Assembly (NCBI GenBank): GCA_024653945.1
Contig: JANLIT010000001.1
Coordinates: forward strand, 20,641 to 84,640
Direction of reading: 5' to 3'
DNA length: 64,000 nucleotides
DNA from: Candidatus Campbellbacteria bacterium
GTDB taxonomy: Bacteria > Patescibacteriota > Minisyncoccia > Phycocordibacterales > EsbW-18
Both the position numbers and the translations under genes were made by a program. Numbering within the stretch: the stretch's first letter is position 1; each line of letters opens with the position of its first letter. The notes beneath the pieces are model-generated. The model saw only the letters and a list, made by a program, of their open reading frames with translations, was not told the DNA's origin and made no database searches. Positions 50,513 to 60,340 of the stretch are shown here, piece after piece.

Positions 50513-51139
50513 CTAACTTGCGGACGAGGCAGCGGGATCGCTGCCGTGCCAGTTGCTGCCGAGCCAACGGCGGACCGAGACGACCGTGCCTTCGTCCCAA
50601 GACGCGTAGCGGACGCACAGGTCGACGCTCGCCGGGTAGCGGAAAATGTCGTCCCAGAAGAACACGTAGACCGTGTTGCCCTGAGCGTCCTTCTTCCACG
50701 ACTCCGGCCAGAGCTCGGGATGCGCGACCAAGTGGTCGAGCACCTTCGCGCTGACGTTGTTGCCCCGCTTCTCGAGCTCCTTGCGGAGGTCGTAGCCGCC
50801 GATCACTCCCCCGTTCTTCTGCTTACGCGAGAGGAACAAGTTGAGCGGCTTGCCGTCGAGGTAGAGGTCGTCACCGCGACGCTCGAGCTTCACGACGCCT
50901 TCGCCACGGTGAACCTCCAGCACAGCTCCGTCGAACGGGAGCTTGGCTGGGGAACCGAGGTCGATGACGTGGTCGATGGGCTTCACCTCGTGCGTACCGC
51001 GAAGCACGCCGAGGATGCCCGCCATCTTGTCCTCGCTGTGTGCGAGGGTCGCGAAGTCCTTCGGCTCGAAGCCGACCTTCGTCGCAGTGATGGCGAGCTC
51101 ATGAGAAACGCCGACGCTGATTTCGGACGCGGTTGCCAT
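50513..51139 (-). CDS. probable DGR variable (target) protein, CPR type
   Basis: High GC; C-terminal VFFW..IFR....LCVRY..W.......WL...W....PAA with NNC-biased codons; downstream hairpins. Confidence 0.6.
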   Translation of the reverse strand: MATASEISVGVSHELAITATKVGFEPKDFATLAHSEDKMAGILGVLRGTHEVKPIDHVIDLGSPAKLPFDGAVLEVHRGEGVVKLERRGDDLYLDGKPLNLFLSRKQKNGGVIGGYDLRKELEKRGNNVSAKVLDHLVAHPELWPESWKKDAQGNTVYVFFWDDIFRYPASVDLCVRYASWDEGTVVSVRRWLGSNWHGSDPAASSAS

Positions 51140-51367
51140 GTGGCACATCCTTTCGTTGGTGACACATCCCGTTAGAGACGCATCAGGTTTGTGCTATCTG
51201 ACCACCACGCGCTGGTAGTCATAGCTATAAAAATCCGATCGTTCGGGTGCTTATAGCTATGACTACTCGCAAGTTAACTGTGAAAGAACTTACATATGCA
51301 GTATAACATCATTATTACTGTTTTGTCAACTCCCCTCAAAGCATTGCCTCGATACTTTCTCTATAAG

Positions 51368-51673
51368 CTAGTTCAACGCTCCTTCCCTCTTTAATAGTGC
51401 ACGCTTTTTTGAAATACCACCAAATGCATATCCACCCACCGAACCATCACTTCGAATAACCCGATGGCATGGTACGCGCGGGTTTTTGTTTTTATTAAGA
51501 ATGTTACCAACGGCACGATATGCACGAGGACTTCCTGCTAAATGTGCCACTTCTTTGTATGTGTGTGTTTGTCCTTTTGGAATACGCGCAACAACACCAT
51601 ACACTTTTTGTGCAAATGAAGACACAAGAGTACTACTGTGTTTAGAAAAGTGTTTCTTTTTCTTTTGGAGCAT
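51368..51673 (-). CDS. methylated-DNA--protein-cysteine methyltransferase (single domain)
   Basis: IPKGQTHTY..RAVG..VPCHRVI. Confidence 0.9.
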   Translation of the reverse strand: MLQKKKKHFSKHSSTLVSSFAQKVYGVVARIPKGQTHTYKEVAHLAGSPRAYRAVGNILNKNKNPRVPCHRVIRSDGSVGGYAFGGISKKRALLKREGALN

Positions 51674-52448
51674 CTTCTTTTTTTCGTTGTGCCACAACAA
51701 CATTTCGAATTGCCGTCCCTGCCCCATCACGATATGGACAGTATTCGCAACGCTCTCCTATTTCAGGCACCGTGTCACTCATAAGTGTTTTTCGTGCTTT
51801 CACAAGAATGCTGTCAATCCACGACGCATCTCCGTCGTATGGAATAACATCAACATCAAATTCAAGTTTTGCATCGAACGCTTCAACATCTTTTTTACCG
51901 TTCACGTACACAAAATATCCGCGCGGGGATACTTTGAATCCGTTGTTTCGCAAAAGCCACTGGTACACTTCCATTTGTCGTTTATATCCCTGTTGCCAAA
52001 TACCATCAAGGTTTGGTTTCTCTGCTTTACTCGTGGCTTTATAATCAACAACGTGAAGTTCGCCGGAAGGCGTCACCCACACGTCATCAACTGCGCCGGT
52101 AACTAAAAAGTTACTTTCTGGGTGCACGTACTGCACGCCTTTAAAGTTTTCTCGCCATATATCTAAATCCTTATGTTCAAATGGCACTGCATCAATACCA
52201 TACGCCGTCATAAGCGGATGTGGCTCACCTTTTGCACGGTGTATATCAAATTCTTTTTTGAGCAAGTGGTCAACGGCAACATTGAGTGTAAACCCCGGCA
52301 TTGAGGGGCGCCCCACACCAAGACGTCGGTCCAAATAAAAACAACGTGGACACTCATGAAAGAGATCTATTTTTGAACGAGAGAGCTTAAACGGTTCGCT
52401 CGATGTTGGGTCAAATAGTTTTGCTTTGTAGCTTTTTGTAAATGCCAT
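51642..52448 (-). CDS. PD-(D/E)XK nuclease family protein
   Basis: GAVDD..VVDYKAT; QMEVY; N- and C-terminal CxxC. Confidence 0.88.
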   Translation of the reverse strand: MAFTKSYKAKLFDPTSSEPFKLSRSKIDLFHECPRCFYLDRRLGVGRPSMPGFTLNVAVDHLLKKEFDIHRAKGEPHPLMTAYGIDAVPFEHKDLDIWRENFKGVQYVHPESNFLVTGAVDDVWVTPSGELHVVDYKATSKAEKPNLDGIWQQGYKRQMEVYQWLLRNNGFKVSPRGYFVYVNGKKDVEAFDAKLEFDVDVIPYDGDASWIDSILVKARKTLMSDTVPEIGERCEYCPYRDGAGTAIRNVVVAQRKKEDAPKEKETLF

Positions 52449-52537
52449 GATGAAATTGTACCACAGACGAAAAGAAGACCTGTCCCAGTCACGGGTCAGG
52501 TCTTCGGTATACCGCGCGAACGCGGTTGGTTGTACCG

Positions 52538-52783
52538 TCACCAACGTGGCGTATGACCGAATCGGTTCCTCAACTCTGCAAGTTGGCCAGCGGCTTGCAT
52601 ACGCCGATACCCCTCGCTCTTCACCTTCTTTTTCTGAGCCGGCGGTGGCGGGGTTGTCGACACCTCTTCAGAGAGCCGACAGCACTCAAAGCACGTCCGC
52701 CCCTCCCTCTCTTCGCGGTCCTTATCCCACCCACAGGAGGGACAGAAACCCTTCTCAACAAATTCTTCTTTTCGGGTATACAT
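52538..52783 (-). CDS. small Zn-finger-like orphan protein
   Basis: CPSC...CFEC; SD GGAGG; promoter TTGACT..TATTAT at ~52840-52869. Confidence 0.55.
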   Translation of the reverse strand: MYTRKEEFVEKGFCPSCGWDKDREEREGRTCFECCRLSEEVSTTPPPPAQKKKVKSEGYRRMQAAGQLAELRNRFGHTPRW

Positions 52784-52890
52784 TGGAGAACCTCCGGTTC
52801 CGAAAAAGTTAGATGAAATGAACCACTATTCCGAGATAGATAATACCACAGTTTTTATAGAAAAGTCAAGTAGTTATCCCCATCTTCCCA

Positions 52891-53352
52891 TTACACGTTA
52901 TTTTGTGGCCCCATATGAGAAACCCCTCGTTCAATAAACCAAAAGACGGTAAACGTAAGGAGTGTGAGAAATGTTGTATAGAAAGCAATTTCGTAGAGCT
53001 TAAAACCAATAGCAACGCCAATACCAGATGCAACCCATAAACCTGCGGCAGTCGTTAGACCGACAAGCGTTTGGTCACGAAGAATAATAACGCCCGCTCC
53101 CAAGAAACCAATACCCGTGATAATGCCAGCAACAACACGCATAACATCAGCACCTGATACACCGAGAGAATCTTTAAGTCCGAGTGAAACAACTATAAAT
53201 AGACATGAGCCCATCGCAACCAGTCCGTATGTTCGCAGACCTGCCGTTTTTCCTGCAAGTGTTCGTTCTGCACCAATGAGCATGCCAAGTACGAGTGCGG
53301 TTAGTAACTGAACAAAAAAAGTTCCTCCGAGTGTTGTGATATCCATATACAT
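52891..53352 (-). CDS. MgtC/SapB family protein
   Basis: IGAER..AGLRT..GIGFLGAG..GLTTAAGLW. Confidence 0.93.
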   Translation of the reverse strand: MYMDITTLGGTFFVQLLTALVLGMLIGAERTLAGKTAGLRTYGLVAMGSCLFIVVSLGLKDSLGVSGADVMRVVAGIITGIGFLGAGVIILRDQTLVGLTTAAGLWVASGIGVAIGFKLYEIAFYTTFLTLLTFTVFWFIERGVSHMGPQNNV

Positions 53353-53367
53353 TTCAAATTATAATTT

Positions 53368-54198
53368 TTAAGGTGTGCACAATTGGTGCGCTTCATATAA
53401 AACCTCATCAACTTTTTTCCCAGTAATACCGGCTGTTTCCAAAATATTTGGATTATCAATAATGTTTTTACACAACACAATGTTTTGTTGATAGAGCATA
53501 TCCCGTTCTTTCTTTGAAAGCGTGGTAAGACATGAGAGCGGATGTAGTTTCGTTTCCTCAATAAGGTCTTGTACATTTCCTTTGCGTGGATATCCCCATC
53601 CAATCATCGTAATACCAACACACTTTCCATGCATAATGGCATTCTCAGTAAACTTTGTATTCGTCACCAGCCACTGCGTGCACGTACCACCTGGAGGGCA
53701 TAACCCGTCGTAGTTCCCCGCCTGCAGGTCAAGTGTTCGGGCATGAATATAGAGCGACACCTTCACATCGGTTTTAAATCCCTGTGCGTTGTGAAATTTT
53801 GCTTCAACCAGAATAAGCTCTTTTTCTTTTTGTGCAATAACATCAATCTCGTGTGATACACACTTTCCTTGCATCATGGCACCAACACGTACGGTGTACC
53901 CTTTTTTCTTAAATACCTCACCAAGAAGTTGCTCGAATGGAAAACCTGACGGACCAAGCTCAAGTACAGCACGTCGGAGAGAGTATCGGGCCGCAATAGG
54001 GTGGTGTTCCTTTTTCTGGAGCAATCTGAGCGCGTGATTATAGATGTGCGACGTAGTAATACCTTCGTGCAACTCTTTTTCAATATGGGTAAGGATTGTT
54101 GTGGCAACATCATCTGATGCCCCTGCATTTTTAAGCGAACGGATAAGTTTTCCTGGAGAAAACTCTTCCCGAGTTCCATCTAGTTTTGAAATAAGCAT
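53368..54198 (-). CDS. ATP-cone plus restriction endonuclease-like (Mrr-type) domain protein
   Basis: KLDGTREEFS.GKL; GFPFEQ; HEIDV..VEAKFH; VTNTKFT. Confidence 0.85.
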   Translation of the reverse strand: MLISKLDGTREEFSPGKLIRSLKNAGASDDVATTILTHIEKELHEGITTSHIYNHALRLLQKKEHHPIAARYSLRRAVLELGPSGFPFEQLLGEVFKKKGYTVRVGAMMQGKCVSHEIDVIAQKEKELILVEAKFHNAQGFKTDVKVSLYIHARTLDLQAGNYDGLCPPGGTCTQWLVTNTKFTENAIMHGKCVGITMIGWGYPRKGNVQDLIEETKLHPLSCLTTLSKKERDMLYQQNIVLCKNIIDNPNILETAGITGKKVDEVLYEAHQLCTP

Positions 54199-54225
54199 AT
54201 CTAAAGTATATCGTGAGAAAGGATG

Positions 54226-55314
54226 CTATGCCACAGAGAACACCACACCCCCACCCACGCACACCTCGCCGTCATACACAACGAGTGACTGTCCTAACGC
54301 CACAGAACGCTGTCCTTTAGAAAAATGAACATGAGCTCCCTGTTCAAAAACTTCTATCACGCACTCTTGCAATGCTTGACGGTATCGAAACCGTGCTGAA
54401 TATTTTTTTCCTTGTTTTGGAGTATCTGAAATCCAATTGGTGTGTTCAAGCACAATATCTGTATGATTAAAACCGTCCGCTGTTTGAAGGTGTTGTGAGA
54501 CGGTGAGTGTGTTTGCCAAGACATCTTTTGAAACAACATACAACGGTCCGTCTGTTGGTGTTTTTTTTGTAACGGTAAATCCGTGTCGTTGACCAAGTGT
54601 ATAAAGCCAAGCCCCCTCATGTGTGCCAATAACACTACCCTGTTCGTCAAGAATGTCTCCACTAGAAACATCAATAAACCTTTTTAAAAACTCCTTCATA
54701 TCAACCTGACCAAGAAAACACACACCTTGACTATCTTTTTTATCTGCAACAGAAAGTCCAAACCGATGCGCTTCTGTGCGCACTTCAGGTTTTTCTAGTT
54801 CTCCCACAGGAAAGAGTACTTTTTCAAAAACGTCGCGAGGAACTCGCCACAAGAAATATGACTGATCTTTCTGCACATCCACCCCCGCCAGTAATTCTAT
54901 TTTTTGAACTTTGTGCTTTGTGCTTTGTGCTTTTACTCTTGCATAATGTCCCGTCGCAATGTACTGTGCCCCCTCTTGTTGTGCTTTTGTAAAAAAAGCA
55001 CCGAACTTTATTTTTTCATTACACATGACATCTGGGTTTGGTGTTCGTCCTGATGCATATTCGGAAATCATGTAGTCAACAACTTCTTTTTTGTATTCCT
55101 CTTCCAAATCAAATGTCTTGAATGGAATACCGAGGTGCGCGCACACATCCATAGCGTCAGATCTCTCTTCTTTCCACGTACACTCCAAAAAAGGCGGGTG
55201 CCATGTCTTGATAAAGACACCCGTGACATCATAACCCTGCTCGCGGAGAAGTGCGGCAGAAACCGAGCTATCCACACCCCCACTCATTGCAACGTATACT
55301 TTCTCCATAGACAC
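54226..55314 (-). CDS. mnmA: tRNA-specific 2-thiouridylase
   Basis: AMSGGVDSSV, TPNPDVMCN, ATGHY, KDQSYFL, DSQGVCF. Confidence 0.97.
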   Translation of the reverse strand: MSMEKVYVAMSGGVDSSVSAALLREQGYDVTGVFIKTWHPPFLECTWKEERSDAMDVCAHLGIPFKTFDLEEEYKKEVVDYMISEYASGRTPNPDVMCNEKIKFGAFFTKAQQEGAQYIATGHYARVKAQSTKHKVQKIELLAGVDVQKDQSYFLWRVPRDVFEKVLFPVGELEKPEVRTEAHRFGLSVADKKDSQGVCFLGQVDMKEFLKRFIDVSSGDILDEQGSVIGTHEGAWLYTLGQRHGFTVTKKTPTDGPLYVVSKDVLANTLTVSQHLQTADGFNHTDIVLEHTNWISDTPKQGKKYSARFRYRQALQECVIEVFEQGAHVHFSKGQRSVALGQSLVVYDGEVCVGGGVVFSVA

Positions 55315-55477
55315 AGCGTACTATACTACAAATAATTGACTTTTCATAAAAAACGTGTATTATCAGCGTGGGAATGTGTGGGTGGCGCGTGTTCACCTCG
55401 CATATCTCAGCCTCAGCAGAGTTGCCCTTCATCTGCCGGGGCTTTTTTTATACACAAAGAAATCGTACACTATATGC

Positions 55478-56005
55478 ATGACAGTGAAAATTGTTCAAAA
55501 CAAAAACCCCGTGCTTCGAGGAAAAGCCCACGCTGTTTCAAAATCGGATGTTGGTGGTAAAAAACTTGCATCTATTGTTGCTGATATGAAAAAGGCGCTC
55601 GCCACACAAAAAGATGGTGTTGCTCTTGCTGCGCCCCAAATAGATATTCCGTTGCAAATATTTATTGTTGCAGGAGCCATCTTTAAAAAAGAAACGGATG
55701 AAAAAACACCCGACGATATGGTGTTTATAAATCCTGCAATTGTCAAAAAATCACGAACAAAAAAATGGCTGGAGGAAGGATGTCTTTCTGTTCGTTGGAA
55801 ATATGGAGAAGTACACCGACATACAAAAGCAACGGTGCGCGCTCTTGGTTTGGATGGAAAACCTTTTGAGGTCGGTGCCAGTGGACTCTTGGCACAAATT
55901 TTTCAGCACGAAACAGACCACCTCAACGGTGTCCTGTTTATTGATACCGCCCGCAATGTCCACGATATGCCACCAGAGAAACCTGAGAAACCTGAAAAAA
56001 AATAA
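55478..56005 (+). CDS. def: peptide deformylase
   Basis: GVALAAPQ, EGCLS, QHETDHLNG. Confidence 0.97.
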   Translation: MTVKIVQNKNPVLRGKAHAVSKSDVGGKKLASIVADMKKALATQKDGVALAAPQIDIPLQIFIVAGAIFKKETDEKTPDDMVFINPAIVKKSRTKKWLEEGCLSVRWKYGEVHRHTKATVRALGLDGKPFEVGASGLLAQIFQHETDHLNGVLFIDTARNVHDMPPEKPEKPEKK

Positions 56006-56007
56006 GT

Positions 56008-56862
56008 ATGAAACCTTCGTTCGTCTTTTTTGGCTCACCCGACATTGCGGTCACAGCTCTTGAAACACTGCTCCATGCGGGGTTTATTCCGCATACCATT
56101 GTCACCGCGCCTGACGCGCCTCAAGGACGCGGGTTAATTCTCACTCCTCCACCAGTAAAGGTGTGGGCTCAAAAACATGCCATACCAATCCTTCAACCGG
56201 AAAAGCTTTCGGAGGAACGTGTCGTGTCAACACTACAAAGTTGTACTCCTGAGTTTTTTGTTGTTGTTGCCTATGGAAAAATTATCCCACAGGTTATTCT
56301 CAACATCCCACACAGAGGAACACTGAATCTACACCCATCTCTTCTTCCCCGACATCGTGGACCCTCACCAATTGAATCTCAGATTTTACATGAACAAAGT
56401 TCAACAGGTGTTGGTGTTTCCATTATGCTTTTGGATGAAAAAATGGATCATGGACCAATTCTGGCACAACGCTCCCTTGAACCAGGGGCACCGTGGCCTG
56501 TTGCAACAAGCATTTTGCGACCCCACCTTGCGCGGATTGGAGCACAACTCTTGTGTGACGTACTGCCAAAGTATCTTGACGGGACACTCTTACCTATTGA
56601 ACAGAATCATGAACAAGCAACGTATTGCAAACTGATTAAAAAAGAAGATGCATTGCTGGATATGAATAGTGCTCCATATATTGAGTACTTAAAAATACTG
56701 GCATATGATATGTGGCCTCGAGCATTTTTCTTTATAGAAAAGAGTGGAAAAAATATTCGAGTCATTGTCACTCGTGCGCGATTTGAAGATACCATGCTCA
56801 CTATTGAAAAAGTTATTCCCGAGGGACGGAAGGAAATGACCTATGCGGAGTTTCTTTCTTAG
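56008..56862 (+). CDS. fmt: methionyl-tRNA formyltransferase
   Basis: VVAYG, NLHPSLLPRHRGPSP, MDHGPI. Confidence 0.96.
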   Translation: MKPSFVFFGSPDIAVTALETLLHAGFIPHTIVTAPDAPQGRGLILTPPPVKVWAQKHAIPILQPEKLSEERVVSTLQSCTPEFFVVVAYGKIIPQVILNIPHRGTLNLHPSLLPRHRGPSPIESQILHEQSSTGVGVSIMLLDEKMDHGPILAQRSLEPGAPWPVATSILRPHLARIGAQLLCDVLPKYLDGTLLPIEQNHEQATYCKLIKKEDALLDMNSAPYIEYLKILAYDMWPRAFFFIEKSGKNIRVIVTRARFEDTMLTIEKVIPEGRKEMTYAEFLS

Positions 56863-57242
56863 TTTTCATCCCCACCTCCAAGTCCCATCTTCTGCAAAAG
56901 TGATTTAAACATTCGAGCGCCTCGGCGAGAATCTCGTGTTTTTTTATTTTTTCGTTTTCGTACTTCATCAAGAAGTTCATCTTTTGCAACATCAATTGCC
57001 GCATACAAATCTTCTTTGTCTGAAACCACGCGTATAAGCTCACCCTCAACACGTAGGTTTATCTCGCAACGAAAAATACTACCTCCACTGTGGTGGCGTG
57101 TTGTCATACCCATTTCAACCTCAGCGTACGCTTCTTTTGAAGGGTCAATGAATTTTCCTACTGAAACAACCTTTTCCTGCGCATACGAACGAATCGCTGA
57201 TGTTAATTCCATACCTGTCGCCTTGAGGGAGATATTGAGCAT
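56859..57242 (-). CDS. raiA: ribosome hibernation factor RaiA/HPF
   Basis: MELTSAIRSY..K; DLYAAID. Confidence 0.9.
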   Translation of the reverse strand: MLNISLKATGMELTSAIRSYAQEKVVSVGKFIDPSKEAYAEVEMGMTTRHHSGGSIFRCEINLRVEGELIRVVSDKEDLYAAIDVAKDELLDEVRKRKNKKTRDSRRGARMFKSLLQKMGLGGGDEN

Positions 57243-57270
57243 ACGAAATGACGATGAACGAGTAATACTC

Positions 57271-57501
57271 CTATTCTAACACTTCAACTACTTTATTTCT
57301 TGCATGATGTCCGGTACGGATACGGAGTTTTGAAACAGGAATGCCCAAACGCCTAGCCACGAGAGCCAGTGTACGTAGTGTTGCTTTGTTGTCCTGTGCC
57401 TTTTCTCGAACAGATATAACAAATCGCCCATCACCTTTATCTTCAATGGTTTCTTTTGGAGCGTTTGGAGTTACTTTTATTTTGAGATACGTGGTGTTCA
57501 T
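57271..57501 (-). CDS. DUF167 (YggU) family protein
   Basis: IKVTPNA..V.EKAQDNKA..GHHARNKVV. Confidence 0.85.
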   Translation of the reverse strand: MNTTYLKIKVTPNAPKETIEDKGDGRFVISVREKAQDNKATLRTLALVARRLGIPVSKLRIRTGHHARNKVVEVLE

Positions 57502-57519
57502 ATATACATCATAACGTAC

Positions 57520-57650
57520 AAACGCCCCCACTTGCGTGGAGACGTCTGTTTGATACATGGTACAGAATTTTTTAAGAGGCGCAAGTGGTTATCCACCTTG
57601 CCAACATTCCCCCTAAAATGTAAACGCCCCCACTTGCGTGGAGACGTCTA
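57520..57650 (-). repeat. two identical 28-nt hairpins
   Basis: aaacgcccccacttgcgtggagacgtct at 57520-57547 and 57622-57649. Confidence 0.85.
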
Positions 57651-58067
57651 CATCAGCAATCTTATACTACCCCTTTGTGGAGTGCAAATGAGTTATCCAC
57701 AGTGCTAAAATGCTCTCTGAAAGACCTTTTGTTTATTTGGGTTATACCCAGCTTACCTAAAAGTCTATGAGCTTATTTTAAGACCAAGATAGATACCGAG
57801 AAATCCACCGATGGCCGTGCAAATAACTGAAGAAAAACCAAACGGGCTTGCTCCCCACAACGTTGGCACATACCCACCGACAAATGAGCCGACAAAAAGC
57901 CCGAGCCAAATAAATTTCTTTGAATCCACGGTGTGTAGTTTACCCCGTTAGATACAAACCCGCTATACCAACTCATGTCTATATATAAACAAGATATCTA
58001 ACGGGGTGTATCACCCAAACAAAAAGCCACCGATGGTTTGGTGGCTTTTTGTACTACGCCGTCTACG

Positions 58068-58436
58068 CTAGAACGTAAAGTATTTTGAGAAACCTCCAAC
58101 GAGTGGAAGCGCCTTTTCTCTCTTTTCTACAACGTTCACAATTCCGATAATGGAAAGAATGAGTGTTGCGATATTGACAATGTTCAATAGCATCCAGAGT
58201 TGCCACATAAACATGCCCAAAATCCATACAATAACTTCAATGCTCAATACTACAAGTCCTTGTTTAATGTGGAACTTCACAAATGGTTGTTCTTTGTTTG
58301 TAAAAAACGGAATTAAAACCAATGGGCCGATGTATGAAAGAATACCCATGAGTGTATTCTTACTTGCAGCATCGTCTGCGTGTGTTCCTTGTGGTGCGCT
58401 GTTTTGTTGTGACGCGTTATTGTTTACTTGATCCAT
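58068..58436 (-). CDS. DUF4870-like membrane protein
   Basis: GILSYIG..FVKFHIKQGL..GIVN...EKALPLVG. Confidence 0.8.
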   Translation of the reverse strand: MDQVNNNASQQNSAPQGTHADDAASKNTLMGILSYIGPLVLIPFFTNKEQPFVKFHIKQGLVVLSIEVIVWILGMFMWQLWMLLNIVNIATLILSIIGIVNVVEKREKALPLVGGFSKYFTF

Positions 58437-58540
58437 ACTTTTTATATATACTACTAGTAATAATAGTTGTCTTCTTAGTGTATCACTCTCCCCATATCTC
58501 AAAAACAAGACGGTGGATTACGTGTGATTACTGTTGTTTT

Positions 58541-59404
58541 TTAATCAAAAATACTGATGAGATATTTGTCGATTTCCCTCTGATCCATATCATAAAAGTT
58601 AATTTTCTTTCGGTGCAATATACGGGCCAAGTCTGTGCCCACAAATCGCCAATGCCACGGTTCAAATTGATAAAACGTATTTCCCTGTGGATACGAGAGA
58701 ACAAAACCATATTTATACGCATTATCATCAAGCCATGTATATGCAGATGTTGCCCCAAAACCATCTAACCCACCGTTCAAACCAGTCGTCGTAAAATCAA
58801 TCGTCGTTCCGAGTTGGTGTTCTGAGTATCCTTGGTCTGCAGAAAAAGCATTCGCGCCCGACCCATAGCTCACTGTGTATCCAGTTTTAAGAGCAGTTTG
58901 GGTACCAAATGAACGATATGCAGAAACAATAAAAAGCTCTACATCATCATCCTCTGCGTCTTGTATGAGGTTTTCAAGGAAACTTCTTACTTGTCGGTGA
59001 ATTTGTTGTGCAACTTTTTCGTCATAGAGAAGATCCTTATCAATAGTAACGAGCCTTGGTGGCGTATAATTTTCATTCAAAAAGTATACTTTGGAATATT
59101 TTTGCAATAATTCAGGATCTAGTTTACTCAACTTTTCAAATTCTCCCACTGTGCCACTAAGCTCTTCTATTTGATCTTCAAGATTATTCACACGTGACTC
59201 TTGTAAATTAAGTTCATCACGCAAATTTGTCTTTTCTTCTTCTGCTTGTAACAACTCACCTTGAAGTGACACGACCGAGCTTGATGCTGACAAATAAAGA
59301 CCGTTGATTGTATAAAAACGATATCCTCCGTATCCGAGAATAATAAGAAGGACAACAACAATAATGCTCAAGAGTGTGTCTGCTATTTTGTGTGAAGGTT
59401 CCAT
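58541..59404 (-). CDS. M15B D-Ala-D-Ala carboxypeptidase (VanY-like) with coiled coil
   Basis: SAYRS, SEHQLGTTID, EPWHWR. Confidence 0.92.
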   Translation of the reverse strand: MEPSHKIADTLLSIIVVVLLIILGYGGYRFYTINGLYLSASSSVVSLQGELLQAEEEKTNLRDELNLQESRVNNLEDQIEELSGTVGEFEKLSKLDPELLQKYSKVYFLNENYTPPRLVTIDKDLLYDEKVAQQIHRQVRSFLENLIQDAEDDDVELFIVSAYRSFGTQTALKTGYTVSYGSGANAFSADQGYSEHQLGTTIDFTTTGLNGGLDGFGATSAYTWLDDNAYKYGFVLSYPQGNTFYQFEPWHWRFVGTDLARILHRKKINFYDMDQREIDKYLISIFD

Positions 59405-59501
59405 ATGTGTAATGTGGCTTGATTGTAGCACCTTTTACTCTAGAGAAATAGAAAAGCACCCTGTATCTCTACAAGGTGCTTCGGGTTGCCCCAAGGAAGT
59501 C

Positions 59502-59723
59502 CTAGAAGGACTGGCTCGGGAGGAGAAAGATGACAGGCTGGCGCGGGTTCATGTGAATCACCCCGCAGAAAACCAGCATTCGGTTCGGCTTCGCTCCGGT
59601 GGGGGCGCTGATGCGCACCTTGCGCATCGTCCCCAACTTCCTCGGGGTGCTGGGATCGAGGTCGTTCTCGACAGAGTGGAACGTCTTCTGCACACGCTCC
59701 CAGCGGTTCTTACGGTCAGCCAT
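59502..59723 (-). CDS. small orphan protein
   Basis: High GC; SD GGGAGAG; terminator at ~59456-59480. Confidence 0.45.
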   Translation of the reverse strand: MADRKNRWERVQKTFHSVENDLDPSTPRKLGTMRKVRISAPTGAKPNRMLVFCGVIHMNPRQPVIFLLPSQSF

Positions 59724-59936
59724 GTACTCTCTCCCGCTAAGTCACGCGAAATTGCGTGACATATTTTCCGATACAACTGTATCATACTATATTATACATG
59801 TCAAGTACTATGAACGGTGCTCTATTTTTGTGCACATCACACTCGCCCACCACTAAAGCATCTAGAATCTAACCTATACACAGTTTAGTATAAAAATTTT
59901 TCAAAATTCCAGAGCATGTATGGTAAACTATTGTGT

Positions 59937-60245
59937 ATGGAAACACTTATCCACGCAGATATTTTTTTCTTTATCACAAGCATCTTTGTTGTTCTTCTTA
60001 TCATTACGTTTGGTGTATCAATGTATTACATCATTCCAATTTTTAGAGACCTGCGACACCTCTCAGAAGTCGCGCGAAAAGAAGGTGATAAACTTGTTGG
60101 TGATATTGATGAACTGCGCGGTGCGGTGAAAGAAGAAGGCACGAAGATAAAAACGATTTTTGATTATTTTATTGGATTATTCATTAAACGGCAGAAAATA
60201 AACAAAAAAAAGAAAGCGGGTATTAAAAAAGACAGTAACCAGTAG
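59937..60245 (+). CDS. small membrane/coiled-coil protein
   Basis: METLIHADIFFFITS; TM helix followed by amphipathic helix. Confidence 0.75.
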   Translation: METLIHADIFFFITSIFVVLLIITFGVSMYYIIPIFRDLRHLSEVARKEGDKLVGDIDELRGAVKEEGTKIKTIFDYFIGLFIKRQKINKKKKAGIKKDSNQ

Positions 60246-60340
60246 AATTACATCGCGCTCTGTGTTACGTTTCTATTAACGGTACGTGACATGATCTCGT
60301 GAGATCAACAATTACGCGATGCGATTTTGTGAAATCGCAC

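Noticed and set aside
51642-52448. Cas4 / CRISPR system
   Set aside because: No repeat-spacer array or other cas genes in the window, and the Cys pattern is CxxC + CxxC rather than the Cas4 1+3 arrangement.
57560-57760. Replication origin
   Set aside because: Only two DnaA-like boxes, each tied to a promoter-like module; no dnaA/dnaN nearby and no clear unwinding element.
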